Shown here one piece after another: positions 31,079 to 45,659 of a stretch of 64,000 nucleotides of DNA (the stretch's first letter is position 1; the number at the start of each line of letters is the position of its first letter). The translations under genes and the position numbers were made by a program. The DNA is taken from NCBI GenBank assembly GCA_964016885.1, contig OZ024744.1, positions 121,644,001 through 121,708,000 on the forward strand, read 5' to 3'. The stretch is from Eledone cirrhosa. Its lineage: Eukaryota. The notes under the pieces were generated by a model that ran no database searches, had not been told where the DNA came from, and saw only the letters and a program-made list of their open reading frames with translations.

Positions 31079-33800
31079 TTATACTTCTCTTAGGTCAGTG
31101 TTGTTTGTTTGGGTGTTGTTGTTATTCCATTCATTCTTTCTGTTTAGCCTTGGTCTTCTAATTTCTATTTCACTGGCCTCTCTGATTTGCCTATCTGCTG
31201 GGTCATTTCTATGTTTAGATATTATTCTAATTTCTATGTTGTCTATGTTACCGTCATGTTGTTGTCTAGCATGTTCGTATAGTACTGACCCGTTTTTTCG
31301 TCCTTTTACTTCCCCCCAGTGTTGGTCTATCCTTTCACCTATGCTACGAGCTGTCTCACCTATGTATGTTGTTGTCATGTTTCTGCAAGTACCCTCTGTA
31401 CATCTTATGCTATAGACTACGTTTCTAGTTTTACAGTTTATCCGGGGGTTCACCTTACATATGATACATTTCCTATTGGTACAGTGGGTTTTCTTAAAAG
31501 GGTAGGTTTTGCTGATCAGGGATTTTATGGTGGTTCCTGGCTTTTCTACCACCTTTATTTTTAAGTGGGTCTTTCTCAGGGCCTTTCTACACTGGTTAGC
31601 TAATTTCCCTCCAGGGGTAGCATCCACAAACATGACACTCTGGTATCTCTGGTTGTCGAACCATGATGTGGCTTTCCCTATCTTATGTCTAGCCCTATCT
31701 AAACTATTCCATGATTTGCTCCTGTATAATGGGCAAATTCCTTTCATGTCCAGTTATATGAGGGTCTTATACTTTTCCATGGCTCCTTCGTATACTCTGA
31801 CTCTGTCTCTTTGGTTGTAGCCAGAGAACTGCATGCGGTTGATGAAGTGTTGGATGTGTATTTCCATTTCTGTTGGGTCGCACATGCGGGACACATTCTT
31901 CATCACTCGTACCAAATCTGCGATCAGATATTAAACTTAGCACTACTGGACATTGCTGAGTTTTTGAGTATCAGGTATTTGGAGGCCATGGGTTTAGCAT
32001 AGTGTGAGTGGAGAATTTGGGTTCTCTCGTCTATAGTGTTAATCCAGAGTTCTGTGTCTAATACAGGTAGTCTAATGTTAGGGTGTTTGGAAGGGAAGTC
32101 GATAGTTACAGTTATACTCTGGTGTATAGAATTAGCTATCTGCTGGATGCTTTCCATCGTGCTACGTTCTAAATCAAACTTGTTTGTGCTCGCTAGTGGG
32201 GGTGTTCTTATAACTATATTGATATCGTCTACATAACGAGAGTGCATGATGAGGTCTATGGAGCTCTCATTAAGGAGATCTTTAAGTCTCCTTTCCCACC
32301 ATACCATGAAAAGGTTGGCAACATCACCAGCTATGCTGACGCCGATGGCTGCTCCCTCATTTTGGGTGTAGATCTTCTCGTTAAACTTAAATATGTGGCC
32401 CTTTAGGGTAGTTTTGATACTAGCCCCTATTGCATGTGCGACCATTTTTCTTACCTGATCATTGTTTTGGGGGGTCCGTATAGCTTTGGTCCACCCAATC
32501 CACCTTCCCATGGGAGTCTTTTTTGCCATTGAGGTTATGGTGGGGGGTCTACCTCTTATAGGTCTACTAGGGCAGAAACATCTAAGGTCATGGCTGTCTA
32601 GGTAGTCAGTGTCGTAGGTAAGTCTAAGTAGGAGGCCCAGTTCGTCTGTGTCGACGTCGCAGAACTCCACCTCACTCTCAATGATCATCTCCACACATCT
32701 TTTCACAGCAAAATCAATGTTAATGGATGGGTACAGTGACACCACATCCATGCTGCCTATCATGCAGTTGGATAGGCTCCTGTTTTTGTTGCACTCACTG
32801 ATTCTGCTGACGAGCTCCTCTGTAGTGTCACATACATCTGGGGACATCTTGATTATGGGGCGTATAACCATTGAGAGGAAGTAGGAGATCCTGTAGTTGC
32901 TAGCTATATTAGCTCCGCATACGGGTCTTGTTGGTGGTCCTGTTGTCTGGTAGTTGACTGTCTTGTGGTCTTTGCGGAGCCCATACAGGGGTGGTATGCC
33001 ATTGTTAGACGCCTGGAAGTTGTTGGCAGTGCGTCTGCTTGGCTTTAGGATGTCAGTCCACATCATCATGTGAGCGTTGAGGATTTTCTCTCTCCCATCG
33101 TGTGTTTGTTGTGCAATTTCGCTCGTGTTGGTGATGTGGGGTTGCAAAGCCTCGATGTAGTTCGGCATGCTATCTATTGACATCCTACCAGACTTATCCG
33201 TGGGTAGACATACTACCTCACCATCCCGTGTGCGCTGCTTGAGGCTAACCAAGCCTTCTACAGGTTCCTCCCAAGTTGTTGGGCCTCTGGTCTGCTCTGT
33301 CTCATAGTATACCTGTCTACTATTTGTCTAATCTTATTTCTAGCTATGGTGAACTGTGCCTCTGTCTCGTCATCTATTTGTTGTGGTATGTAAACTCTTT
33401 TATTAAAGGGTAACCTCGTAGGATAGATATTACCCATCTTATATGTTTTGTCAGCTGGGTTGAAAAATAGTTTCTCTAAGGGGTTGTCATTATATCTATC
33501 GTCATAGTTGTGTGTGTTGCTATTATTGTTATCATGGTGGTTGTTAGCATTATTATTATTGTTATGATTGCTAGATGTATTGTTGCTTACTTCACCGTTA
33601 TTGTTGTTGTTGTTACTGTTATTTCTACCATTGTGGTTGTTACTTTTATTATGTTTCTTGTTTTTGTTCTGTCTATCATTGATGTTGCTACATGTATTAT
33701 TTCCATTATTACCACTGTGGTTATTGTTGTTGTTGTTCGTATTGTTACCGTTATTACTACTGTGGTCGCTGCTGCTGTGTCTGTGGTTAATGTTTCTATT
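31079..33800 (-). pseudogene. PLE polyprotein, inverted 5'-truncated copy
   Basis: ORFs 31924..33252 (RT) and 31079..31747 (GIY-YIG) mirror 33896-36972. Confidence 0.93.
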
Positions 33801-33895
33801 TCAATAAGAAATTAGAATGGATGAATAAGAAAAAACTAGAAGAAAGGGAAATAGAATATTCTTAAAAATACCCAGATAACATCGACAATATCCGT

Positions 33896-36800
33896 ATGAC
33901 TGAAGTAAAACTACCGGAAGAAGTTACCAATGACCAAACAGTAAATATTTATGGGAACACTTTAATCAGTGAACAAGAACAACAAATCCTGCAGCTACCA
34001 CCAAAATTTGCCATCTACAAAAAGATTAACCCTATTGAGTGCAACACGGAGCTGGAAAAGTGTTTCACAAAAATACGTTGGAATGCAAAGGTAAACAACA
34101 ACAACAATAATAACGGTAGTAGTAATATAAACAATAACTCTGGGTATAGAAATAACAGCCATAACCATAACAATGGCAGGAAAGTGAGAAATAGTGATAA
34201 TGGCAATAATACTAGCGATAGACAGAACAAAAACAACCACAATAATAATAATAATAGAAACGTTAACCACAGACACAGCAACAGTGACCACAGTAGTAAT
34301 AACGGTAACAATACGAACAACAACAACAATAACCACAGTGGTAATAATGGAATTAATACATGTAGCAACATCAATGATAGACAGAACAAAAACAAGAAAC
34401 ATAATAAAAGTAACAACCACAATGGTAGAAATAACAGTAACAACAACAATAACGGTGAAGTAAGCAACAATACATCTAGCAATCATAACAATAATAATAA
34501 TGCTAACAACCACCATGATAACAATAATAGCAACACACACAACTATGACGATAGATATAATGACAACCCCTTAGAGAAACTATTTTTCAACCCAGCTGAC
34601 AAAACATATAAGATGGGTAATATCTATCCTACGAGGTTACCCTTTAATAAAAGAGTTTGCATACCACAACAAATAGATGACGAGACAGAGGCACAGTTCA
34701 CCATAGCTAGAAATAAGATTAGACAAATAGTAGACAGGTATACTATGAGACAGAGCAGACCAGAGGCCCAACAACTTGGGAGGAAACCTGTAGAAGGCTT
34801 GGTTAGCCTCAAGCAGCGCACAAGGGATGGTGAGGTAGTATGTCTACCCACGGATAAGTCTGGTAGGATGTCAATAGATAGCATGCCGAACTACATCGAG
34901 GCTATGCAACCCCACATCACCAACACGAGCGAAATTGCACAACAAACACACGATGGGAGAGAGAAAATCCTCAACGCTCACATGATGATGTGGACTGACA
35001 TCCTAAAGCCAAGCAGACGCACTGCCAACAACTTCCAGGCGTCTAACAATGGCATACCACCCTTGTATGGGCTCCGCAAAGACCACAAGACAGTCAACTA
35101 CCCGACAACAGGACCACCAACAAGACCCGTATGCGGAGCTAATATAGCTAGCAACTACAGGATCTCCTACTTCCTCTCAATGGTTATACGCCCCATAATC
35201 AAGATGTCCCCAGATGTATGTGACACTACAGAGGAGCTCGTCAGCAGAATCAGTGAGTGCAACAAAAACAGGAGCCTATCCAACTGCATAATAGGCAGCA
35301 TGGATGTGGTGTCACTGTACCCATCCATTAACATTGATTTTGCTGTGAAAAGATGTGTGGAGATGATCATTGAGAGTGAGGTGGAGTTCTGCGACGTCGA
35401 CACAGACGAACTGGGCCTCCTACTTAGACTTACCTACGACACTGACTACCTAGACAGCCATGACCTTAGATGTTTCTGCCCTAGTAGACCTATAAGAGGT
35501 AGACCCCCCACCATAACCTCAATGGCAAAAAAGACTCCCATGGGAAGGTGGATTGGGTGGACCAAAGCTATACGGACCCCCCAAAACAATGATCAGGTAA
35601 GAAAAATGGTCGCACATGCAATAGGGGCTAGTATCAAAACTACCCTAAAGGGCCACATATTTAAGTTTAACGAGAAGATCTACACCCAAAATGAGGGAGC
35701 AGCCATCGGCGTCAGCATAGCTGGTGATGTTGCCAACCTTTTCATGGTATGGTGGGAAAGGAGACTTAAAGATCTCCTTAATGAGAGCTCCATAGACCTC
35801 ATCATGTACTCTCGTTATGTAGACGATATCAATATAGTTATAAGAACACCCCCACTAGAGAGCACTAACAAGTTTGATTTAGAACGTAGCACGATGGAAA
35901 GCATCCAGCAGATAGCTAATTCCATACACCAGAGTATAACTGTAACTATCGACTTCCCTTCCAAACACCCTAACAATAGACTACCTGTATTAGACACAGA
36001 ACTCTGGATTAACACTATAGACGAGAGAACCCAAATTCTCCACTCACACTATACTAAACCCATGGCCTCCAAATACCTGATACTCAAAAACTCAGCAATG
36101 TCCAGTAGTGCTAAGTTTAATATCTGATCGCAGATTTGGTACGAGTGATGAAGAATGTGTCCCGCATGTGCGACCCAACAGAAATGGAAAGACACATCCA
36201 ACACTTCATCAACCGCATGCAGTTCTCTGGCTACAACCAAAGAGACAGAGTCAGAGTATACGAAGGAGCCATGGAAAAGTATAAGACCCTCATATAACTG
36301 GACATGAAAGGAATTTGCCCATTATACAGGAGCAAATCATGGAATAGCTTAGATAGGGCTAGACATAAGATAGGGAAAGCCACATCATGGTTCGACAACC
36401 AGAGATACCAGAGTGTCATGTTTTGTGGACGCTACCCCTGGAGGGAAATTAGCTAACCAGTGTAGAAAGGCCCTGAGAAAACCCACTTAAAAATAAAGGT
36501 GGTAGAAAAGCCAGGAACCACCATAAAATCCCTGATCAGCAAAACCTACCCTTTTAAGAAAACCCACTGTACCAATAGGAAATGTATCATATGTAAGGTG
36601 AACCCCCGGATAAACTGTAAAACTATAAGCGTAGTCTATAGCATAAGATGTATAGAGGGTACTTGCAGAAACATGACAACAACATACATAGGTGAGACAG
36701 CTCGTAGCATAGGTGAAAGGATAGACCAACACTGGGGGAAACTAAAAGGACGAAAAAACGGGTCAGTACTATACGAACATGCTAGACAACAACATGACGG

Positions 36801-36972
36801 TAAAATAGACAACATAGAAATTAGAATAATATCTAAACATAGAAATGACCCAGCAGATAGGCAAATCAGAGAGGCCAGTGAAATAGAAATTAGAAGACCA
36901 AGGCTAAACAGAAAGAATGAATGGAATAACAACAACACCCAAACAAACAACACTGACCTAAGAGAAGTATAA
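33896..36972 (+). pseudogene. PLE polyprotein: Asn-rich insert, RT, Cys linker, GIY-YIG endonuclease
   Basis: LPTDKSG, PPLYGLRKDHK, RPVCGA, GSMDVVSLYPSI, QNEGAAIG, RYVDD, LPVLD; C..C..C..CKT..VVYSIRC..YIGETARS.GER..QH; R.IREA. Frameshifts at about 36125 and 36422, stop at about 36295. Confidence 0.93.
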
Positions 36973-37205
36973 ATAAGTAAATAAAATAAAATAAATAAAT
37001 AAATACATACACAAGCACAATAACAACAAGCACATAAACACACACTAGTCACCCATCACACAGCAAACAAAACACTATACATACACGCAAACGCATGCGC
37101 AAAGAAGACAAAATAAAATAAACAAACAAGCAAATAAATAAATAAATATATAGACAGAATGAATAAAAATGGCGTAGACATACAATACAACAGGAGGAAA
37201 ATATA

Positions 37206-37250
37206 ACACCACTGACGATGTTGCAGATGTGCAACGAAAGATTTATGATA
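37206..37250 (+). ncRNA. Hammerhead ribozyme in pLTR of the large PLE; antisense copy 30828-30873
   Basis: ACCA - CTGACGA - tGTTGCA gatg TGCAAC - GAAA - GATT - TA - TGAT. Confidence 0.68.
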
Positions 37251-37532
37251 AACTATATATATGTGTTTGTGTCTATATTGTATGTGTATTATTTTTGACC
37301 GTCGGTCAGTCAATGGCAACATTGAGGACCGAGTAAGTTAGATTACTGATATAAAAGACACAGAAGCGAGAAGCGAAAACCAACCAAACAGTGAGTGTGT
37401 TCTGTTATTAATTCTGGCAATATTACACAAATATGACCCTCCCCAAGTATAACAATATATATATATATATATGTTGATTTAAAACTGCACTATCCACAAG
37501 TGTTTATTAGCCTTCATATCATGTTCTCCTGT

Positions 37533-37597
37533 TTTATCTGATGAAAACACAAATATTATTGCATGATGATGTTTGTTTTTGAAATGCGCATAATAAA
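37533..37597 (+). ncRNA. Hammerhead ribozyme (family C pLTR 37470-37640); copies 39503-39570(-), 61680-61746(-)
   Basis: TTTAT - CTGATGA - AAACACAAATAT...GATGTTTGTTTTT - GAAA - TGCGCA - TA - ATAAA; stem III ATGCGCAT. Confidence 0.8.
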
Positions 37598-37937
37598 ATA
37601 CATGGAACTCCTTTAACCATCTTTTGATCTTATATTATGTATACTCCAGTCCTACAAACTGTAGAGTGCTTCTTATCCGATATCTGCATTGCTTTATTGT
37701 ACTACAATAAAACTCAACTCCTACATTATATATATATATATTGTTATATATACATATATATACATATACATATATATACATATATATATACATACATATA
37801 CATATATATATACATATACATACATATATATACATATATATATGTACATATATATATATACACATATATACATATATATATACATCTATATACAAATATA
37901 CATATACATATATATATATATACATATATTTATAAAT

Positions 37938-38115
37938 ATTTGTTTCTACGTTTGGCACAAGGCCAGCAATTACCCAGTGCATTACTGGTACTTTATTTTA
38001 TCGACCCCGTAAGGATGAAAGGCAAAGTTAACCTCAGCGGAATTTGAACTCAGAATGGCAAGGGTCGTAACGTCAAATATGGCGTCCGACCCTCTACCAA
38101 TACTGCCAATCCACT
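37938..38115 (-). mobile_element. tRNA-derived SINE (Nin/Deu-like centre)
   Basis: A box TGGCAGTATTGG, B box GAGTTCAAATTCC, then GCCTTTCATCCTTACGGGGTCGATAAAATAAAGTACCAG. Partial copies at 39049-39161, 40838-40945 and about 6975-7012. Confidence 0.78.
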
Positions 38116-38614
38116 TATAAATATTAATACAATAACAGAGAAAGCTTTACGCTAAACTCCGACTGGTAACTATCTCACTCAACAAACATTAGGTTATACG
38201 TTAGTATAAACCCAATTTAGTGTCTGAGGTGCCAACTATATGTATTTTGTGGAAAGCCAGTTGTATTATTTTATATGAGAAATTATTAAAATTAAAATAT
38301 ATCTCTCTTTCCAAACAATTGTTTCATTATAAGTATTCTACAAGTTGGGAGAATATTTCCAGTTTATGTAGAAACCTAATATATTTTCATGTAAGAATAC
38401 AATTAGGTGGGCACTTATAAATCGTCAGTGGAAGCCCATTAAACTTTGATATAAGAAAAATTTCTTACCGCAGTTAATTTTCGTGTCTGCTAATTTGTTC
38501 CCTCATGCATCGAATGACCGCCAAATTTGAAATTCCACCAGTCCTTTGACTGAGGAAGTATCATAGCGTCATGAAGCGGGAAAGGGAGACAATCACTAGT
38601 CACGAGAAAAGAAA

Positions 38615-39245
38615 AATAATATACATGTGGGTTAATTAGTTTTTTCAAAAACATTATCAATCCTTCGTGTTAAGAACTCAATTAATTTTTCAAAAATAAA
38701 TGTATGCGTGTATTAATTACACACGCATATAGATATTTTCTTAGGCTAAAAACAGAGAAGTGATACCTGAATAACGAACAATATCTCACAACTGTAACAA
38801 ATACGGAAAGTTACGCCTTAAAAGACATTTGGAAATGTAAATCTCTGGCCAAATTAAGAGTAAAATATTTAATACATGCGGGTTAATTAGTTATTTCAAA
38901 ACCAACATCAATTTCGCGTGTCAAGAACTCAATTAATTTTAAAAAATAAATGTATGCATATAATTATTTACACACGCATATAGATATTTTCTTAGGCTAA
39001 AAACAGAGAAGTGATAACCAAAAAACGAACATTATCTCATAACAGTAATTTAAAGTCAATCCCGCCGAGGTTGACTTTGCCTTTCATCCTTACGGGGTCG
39101 ATAAAATAAAGTACCAGTAATGCACTGGGTAATTGCTGGCCTTGTGCCTAAAGTAGAAAAAATTATCTCATAACAGTAAGAAATACGGAAAGTCATGTGT
39201 ATAAGGTACATGGAAATAAAAATCTCTGGCCAAATCATGAGTAAA
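38615..39245. repeat. About 250-bp tandem duplication inside an unclassified element
   Basis: 38620-38870 recurs at 38871-39048 plus 39180-39245. Confidence 0.75.
39049..39161 (+). mobile_element. 5'-truncated SINE copy with 18-bp target-site duplication
   Basis: ATTATCTCATAACAGTAA flanks both sides (39031-39048, 39162-39179). Confidence 0.85.
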
Positions 39246-39290
39246 ATATTAATACAATAACAGAGAAAGCTTTACGCTAAACTCTGACTT

Positions 39291-39374
<84 letters not shown>

Positions 39375-39464
39375 TACACGTACATATATATATATGTATA
39401 TTTCGAAAATATTCTTATATATATATATATATATACAAATATACATATACATATATATACATAT

Positions 39465-41130
39465 AATATAAGATCAAAAGATGGTTAAAAGAGTTCCAAG
39501 TATTTTATTATGCGCATTTCAAAAACAAATATCATCATGGGATGATATTTGCGTTCTCATCAGATAAAATAGGGAGACATGATATGAAGCTTAAAAAACA
39601 CTTGCGAGCAGTGAAGTGTTAAATAAACATATGAAAAATAAAATAAGATGGATATATGAGATTGGGAAAAAAAGAGGGGGGCGTAGGAAAAAGTAAGGAA
39701 GAGGAAGAAAGAAAATAAAGGATGATGGGGAGGAGTATAAGAAGAAAGGATGAGAGAGGAGGAGAAATGAGTGATAGAGAGAGAGAAATAGCCTTTACAA
39801 CTGAGAAAACATTGTCTCACATAGACTAGTAATATTCCTAAACTATTCTTTAGGGCCTTAGATAAATGCTTCCCTCCCTCGCATATCTATAGTAAGATCT
39901 TTAACAAACATACAATCAAATTCTCTTATTCCACCACTTCCAACACTGAGCATCATAATAATAGCAATAGCAATCCTGACGTCAATGTTAACTCAAGGCT
40001 AGATTCAGTAAATTTAAATACGATGTCAAATGTAACTTCGTTGAATGTTCATAACACCAATCTAAATCAGGAAACTATAGTTCCTATCGTAAATAACTTC
40101 TCCAATCCAATTCCTTCTATAAATAATACTAGGTCACTTGTTAATAACTCTGTTAATTTCTCTAACCGTAATTGTAATTGCCCTGTTAGAACTAAATGTC
40201 CTCTTAATAACCAATGTCTTGATAAAAACTTAGTGTATGAATGTAAGGTTATAACTGGTACTAATTATTTTACCTATTTCGGTTCCACTTCCACTTCCTT
40301 TAAAGCAAGATTTTATAATCACAAATCGTCTTTTAAATACCAACTTAAAAGAACTAACACAGCACTCTCGGAACTCATATGGTCCTTAAAAGACAAAAAT
40401 ATTAACTATAACATCTCTTGGAGGAAGGTTTGCAACACCTTTCCTTACCGGAATTCTTCCCTATCCAGAACATGTAATCTCTGCCTAGCCGAGAAATTTA
40501 CCATTATATCTAATTTTAATTCTATAATAAATAGACGTACGGATTTATTTTCGCTCTGTTTGTATAAATCCCATAGAACTTTCCATAAAGTATACAGCTA
40601 ATATCTCAATACATAATTAGTTTAAAATCTTCTTTTCTCAAAGGCTTTTATATCTTTTACAAATATATCCATCTTTCTACCTTATTTCAGTATATTATAT
40701 TATACAATTTACTCATTCTATGTTGTTAGAGGTCCCCTATCTTTCTTCTTTTTATCCTTTTTCCTTTCTTCCTTTTTTCTTTTTTAATTTCTAATCTTTA
40801 ATCTGTAACTTTTACTTCTCAATTACTTCTTAATTCATATTCCCGCCGAGGTTGACTTTGCCTTTCATCCTTATGGGGTCGATAAAATAAAGTACCAGTA
40901 ATGCACTGGGTAATTGCTGGCCTTGTGCCTAAAGTAGAAACAATTATTACTCACTATGGCATTTTCTATTTTCCTTATATTATTGGCCATAGAAACTATA
41001 TCTTTTTTAATATATAATAATATTACAATTAGAAAATTTTGTAAACATATATACTTTTTGACGTTAGATATTTTTTAAATGGAATAGAATGAAACGAAAT
41101 TTCATTTCTCACTCTTAGTACGGCACTTAC
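39465..41130 (+). mobile_element. PLE family C: inverted pLTR (39465-39825), GIY-YIG fragment (39825-40601), 3' UTR interrupted by a SINE
   Basis: FFRALDKCFP..KIFNKHTIKFSYS; CNCPVRTKCPL..CL..NLVY..YFGST..FKARFYNH..CNLCLAE. Confidence 0.82.
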
Positions 41131-41144
41131 TTAAATGTAAGTAT

Positions 41145-41705
41145 ACGTACATACATATATGTATACTGACGTACAGTAGTATGTATGTATATACATACAT
41201 GCACACATTTATATATGCACGTATTGGTTTACCGAACATTTATTATAATGCTCGGTTTTTTGTTTGTAAACAAACAAACAGCCCGAATTACGCCAACCAC
41301 GTCACCTTCTATTCCATTTATCGTTTTCGGTGCGCCCGGCCGACTGAACTCACTCGATATGCAAATTAGGCTGCTCAGCCGTTAATATGCATAAGGAAAG
41401 TATATACTTTCAGACGTTCAACCATCTGGAAGGAAGGTATACGATGCTGACGATAGCTAATAAGCTAGAAACTAGTACATCGTTCCTGTGTCAGTGTTGA
41501 ACAAAAAGGTGACTTGGTTTCCTAAACACTGTACAGCGTAATTCGGGCTGTTTGTTTGTTTACAAACAAACAAACAAACAAACCGAGCATTATAATATTA
41601 TAATAAATGTTCGGTAAACCGATACGTGCATATATATATATGTGTGCATGTATGTATATATATACATACTACTGTACGTCTGTATACATATATGTATATA
41701 CGTAT
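41145..41705. mobile_element. Foldback of non-coding family E with HHR 41442-41482(+); second copy of the family at 61985-62305
   Basis: 41145-41293 is the reverse complement of 41537-41705. HHR CGATG - CTGACGA - TAGCT aata AGCTA - GAAA - CTAG - TA - CATCG is fully canonical. Confidence 0.85.
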
Positions 41706-41720
41706 ACATACATACATACC

Positions 41721-41780
<60 letters not shown>

Positions 41781-41785
41781 AATAC

Positions 41786-41819
<34 letters not shown>

Positions 41820-41822
41820 TCA

Positions 41823-41856
<34 letters not shown>

Positions 41857-41878
41857 CATATATATATATACATATATG

Positions 41879-42125
41879 GAAAGTTATATTTAAATTGTTG
41901 TGTTACAACTAGTAAATATTTATAACTGATATAAACCAAATCAACCTTCTCAAATGCAAGTAGATGTTGTTACGGTATGTCGAATCTATTTATCTATAAA
42001 ACTGTTTATATTGTATTTTGTCTGAGGAAGGCATAGCATATTGTTAATATGTTATCCCTGAAATATATATAATGAAATAGATATGGTTTTATAAATATAG
42101 TTTCCATTTATTTAATATTGTATAT
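41879..42125. mobile_element. Mini foldback of family A with HHR (about 42010-42075, +)
   Basis: 41880-41965 resembles 7400-7483 and 41995-42125 resembles 7719-7833; CTGAGGA..GAAATATATA. Confidence 0.75.
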
Positions 42126-42181
42126 ATACATATATATATATATATACATATATATTTATACATATATATATATACATATAA

Positions 42182-45100
42182 TTATAATGAAATGACAGGA
42201 GGCTGGATTTGTGTAAATCCTTGAAAGGTTTATTATACTATGATCATTTCAATGACCGGGTTCCGTATGAATCCGGTGATATCATCAGGTATTCGAAATA
42301 TAATACGTGAATGTAATAGATAAAATCCATGGGGCTGAAAATCGAGGACCCGAGGGCGACCGTTATTCTGCTCCTTCAACCTCAGCCGGTGGCCCTCGAG
42401 TGACGTGGCTAAAGTTTACAGTGTGCTACTACCGGTCAGATAAACGAAAACAGAAATTAATAATCAATATTCTATATCAAAGAATATTGATTATTAATTT
42501 TTTAACTTCATCCTATAAGTCTAAACATTGTAACACACTGACCCCCAATATATTCACCTCTGCCAAGATGCGGGCCCCTGTGAAAATTTTCTCGCGCCAC
42601 TCCTGGCCTGGCTGTGGTCTGACATTAATATCGACCTTTCTCCCTCTTTCTTTCTATCTTCTTTCTTGTAGCCATCAACCCTTACTTTTCTACTTCTCCC
42701 TTCTCTTCCTTCTCTTCTCCCCTCCTCCTGTCTTCCTCCCGCAGACTTATCTTCCTTCCCCCTTTTGTTTGCCTATATCTGACCGGTAGTAGTTGTCTTT
42801 CTTCTTATAGCTGACATTAACCCTGGCTTCTCTTCTTCCTTCCTCCTTCTTCTCTCTCCTTCCTCTCTTTCTTTCTTTCTTTCATCTTGTGGCATGAGTT
42901 GACGCTAACTTATGTTCCCATCCCTTTCTGTTTTCGTTTATCTGACCGGTAGTAGCACACTGTAAACTTTAGCCACGTCTCTCGAGGGCGACCGCCTAAG
43001 GTAGAGGGTGCAAGATAGCGGTCGCCCTCGGGTCCTCGATTTTCAGCCCCATGGATTTTATCTATTACATTCACGTATTATATTTCGAATACCTGATGAT
43101 ATCACCGGATTAATACGGAACCCTGTCATTGAAATGATCATAGTATAATAAACCTTTCAAGGATTTACACAAATCCAACCTCCTGTCATTTCATTATAAT
43201 ATTTAACTCCGTAATAGCACCACCAACTACAAAAACAAAGACGGTTGAACTGCTTTACGTTGAGTACTCTCTATATTATTACATTACGATTGACCATACG
43301 GAATAGACCAGCTCTATACAGTGGTGAACCTCAAACCTGAATAAATAATGCTCCTGAAATGTTGAGCACTTCAAAATGTAATAATGAACAGCAGCATGGG
43401 ACTGAATATATCTAACCACCATTAGAACTTTGGCTACTCGGTGTTTTCGCCTGGCCCATTGCTACTTCCCTCTCAGAATATTCGGACTTCGACGAAACTC
43501 TACGGATTAGACCATAACATGTATTGTACTGCACTGTGTTAACTAAATTCGCTACCCTATACTTCTGGGCATGTATAACTCACACTGAATTCCCAGACTC
43601 GAACACACACTGATTCCATTTCCACATCTATATGCATTATCTGACTGCAACTTGAACTATATTGTATTTCTCCTGTGTCTTGAACTATTCATTTAATAGA
43701 CAACGACTCTTGTTTGTTTATTTATATCTTTACATCTTTATTTGCTGTATTAATGCTTTTCCACGTACTCTACCTCTATACATCCATGTACTTTTTACTT
43801 CCCTTACTCGGACCTTTACTCGCGTGTACCCTTAGCACACGACACAGGATTGTCTCCCTCCGGGAACATAAATACTGCAACCTGAACTATATTGTAATTC
43901 TCCTATGTCTTGATTTCTCCATCTTACTCCAACACCTCTCTTGTTGGTTTATTTACATATTTATACCTATATATTGATATGTTTACATATTTATACCTTT
44001 GCTTTACCAATGTGCTCTTCCACGTATTCCACTTCTATGTATCCCTGTATTTCTACTCCTCATATTGGGACTTTTGCTCACTTGTACCCATTAGCACACG
44101 ACACTAGAATGTCTCCTCTTGAGAACAAAAATAAATATTACACGACTATATCCCGTACTCTACATACCATTAGGATAAATTACAGATCTACATAATACAA
44201 TTAACCTTTCTTCATAAAAGACTCTCTTTAATTAAACCCCGCAACCCAAAACCTCATAGAAGTTTTTTTAAATGTTTAATCTTCAATTTTCTGTTTGTTC
44301 AATTCTCAATCTTCTTACTCTTTAATTTTATAATGTTATTCTGAATTCTTTCAACTTCGTCCTATAAAGTTAAGCAATTTTTTAAGGTTCCAACTTTCTG
44401 TCGGACTGTTGGGTGGGATTTAATGGCGGCGCGACCGGCCCCCTGGCGCACGGGCTTACCTGGAGTGCTTGGAAAAATAAATTTCCCCTTCTTTCGGTAA
44501 ATGAAAATACTCGGCGTAGCCTAATTTGCCCTGGGGCCCGGAGCGCGGCCGGTGTTTAAACCTCCACATAGTACCTTTAAATTACAGATCAAATCGGAAC
44601 TATTAGATATATCAACCTGAAAATGTTAAACTGTTTGACTTTAAATTTTCTAACCTCTTTGATATAGAATATTGATTATTAATTTTTTAACTTCATCCTA
44701 TAAGTCTAAACATTGTAACACACTGACCCCCAATATATTCACCTCTGCCAAGATACGGGCCCCTGTGAAAATTTTCTCGCGCCACTCCTGGCCTGGCTGT
44801 GGTCTGACATTAATATCGACCTTTCTCCCTCTTTCTTTCTATCTTCTTTCTTGTAGCCATCAACCCTTACTTTTCTACTTCTCCCTTCTCTTCCTTCTCT
44901 TCTCCCCTCCTCCTGTCTTCCTCCCGCAGACTTATCTTCCTTCCCCCTTTTGTTTGCCTATATCTGACCGGTAGTAGTTGTCTTTCTTCTTATAGCTGAC
45001 ATTAACCCTGGCTTCTCTTCTTCTTTCCCCCTTCTTCTCTCTCCTTCCTTTCTTTCTTTCTTTTATCTTGTGGAATGAGTTGACGCTAACTTATGTTCCC

Positions 45101-45523
45101 ATCCCTTTCTGTTTTCGTTTATCTGACCGGTAGTAGCACACTGTAAACTTTAGCCACGTCTCTCGAGGGCCACCGGCTGAGGTTGAAGGAGCAGAATAGC
45201 GGTCGCCCTCGGGTCCTCGATTTTCAGCCCCATGGATTTTATCTATTACATTCACGTATTATATTTCGAATACCTGATGATATCACCGGATTCATACGGA
45301 ACCCGGTCATTGAAATGATCAGAGTATAATAAACCTTTCAAGGATTTACACAAATCCAGCCTCCTGTCATTTCATTATAATATTTAACTCCGTAATAGCA
45401 CCACCAACTACAAAAACAAAGACGGTTGAACTGCTTTACGTTGAGTATTCTCTATATTATTACATTACGATTGACCATACGGAATAGACCAGCTCTATAC
45501 AGTGGTGAACCTCAAACCTGAAT
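42182..45523 (+). mobile_element. Family B non-coding element: inverted pLTR (42182-42452) + about 1.4 tandem copies of a 2.18-kb unit
   Basis: 42478-43342 repeats at 44665-45523. HHR cores at 43093 and 45274. No RT/EN coding seen. Confidence 0.85.
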
Positions 45524-45580
45524 ATATATACATATATATATAAGTATATATATATATATGTATATATATATGTATATATA

Positions 45581-45627
<47 letters not shown>

Positions 45628-45659
45628 GTATATATATATATACACGTATATATATATAT

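Noticed and set aside
36125-36127. In-frame TGA as selenocysteine (as reported for Naiad PLEs)
   Set aside because: Homology continues in a different frame (IADLVRVMKNVS), so it is a 1-nt deletion, and the site is not a Cys position.
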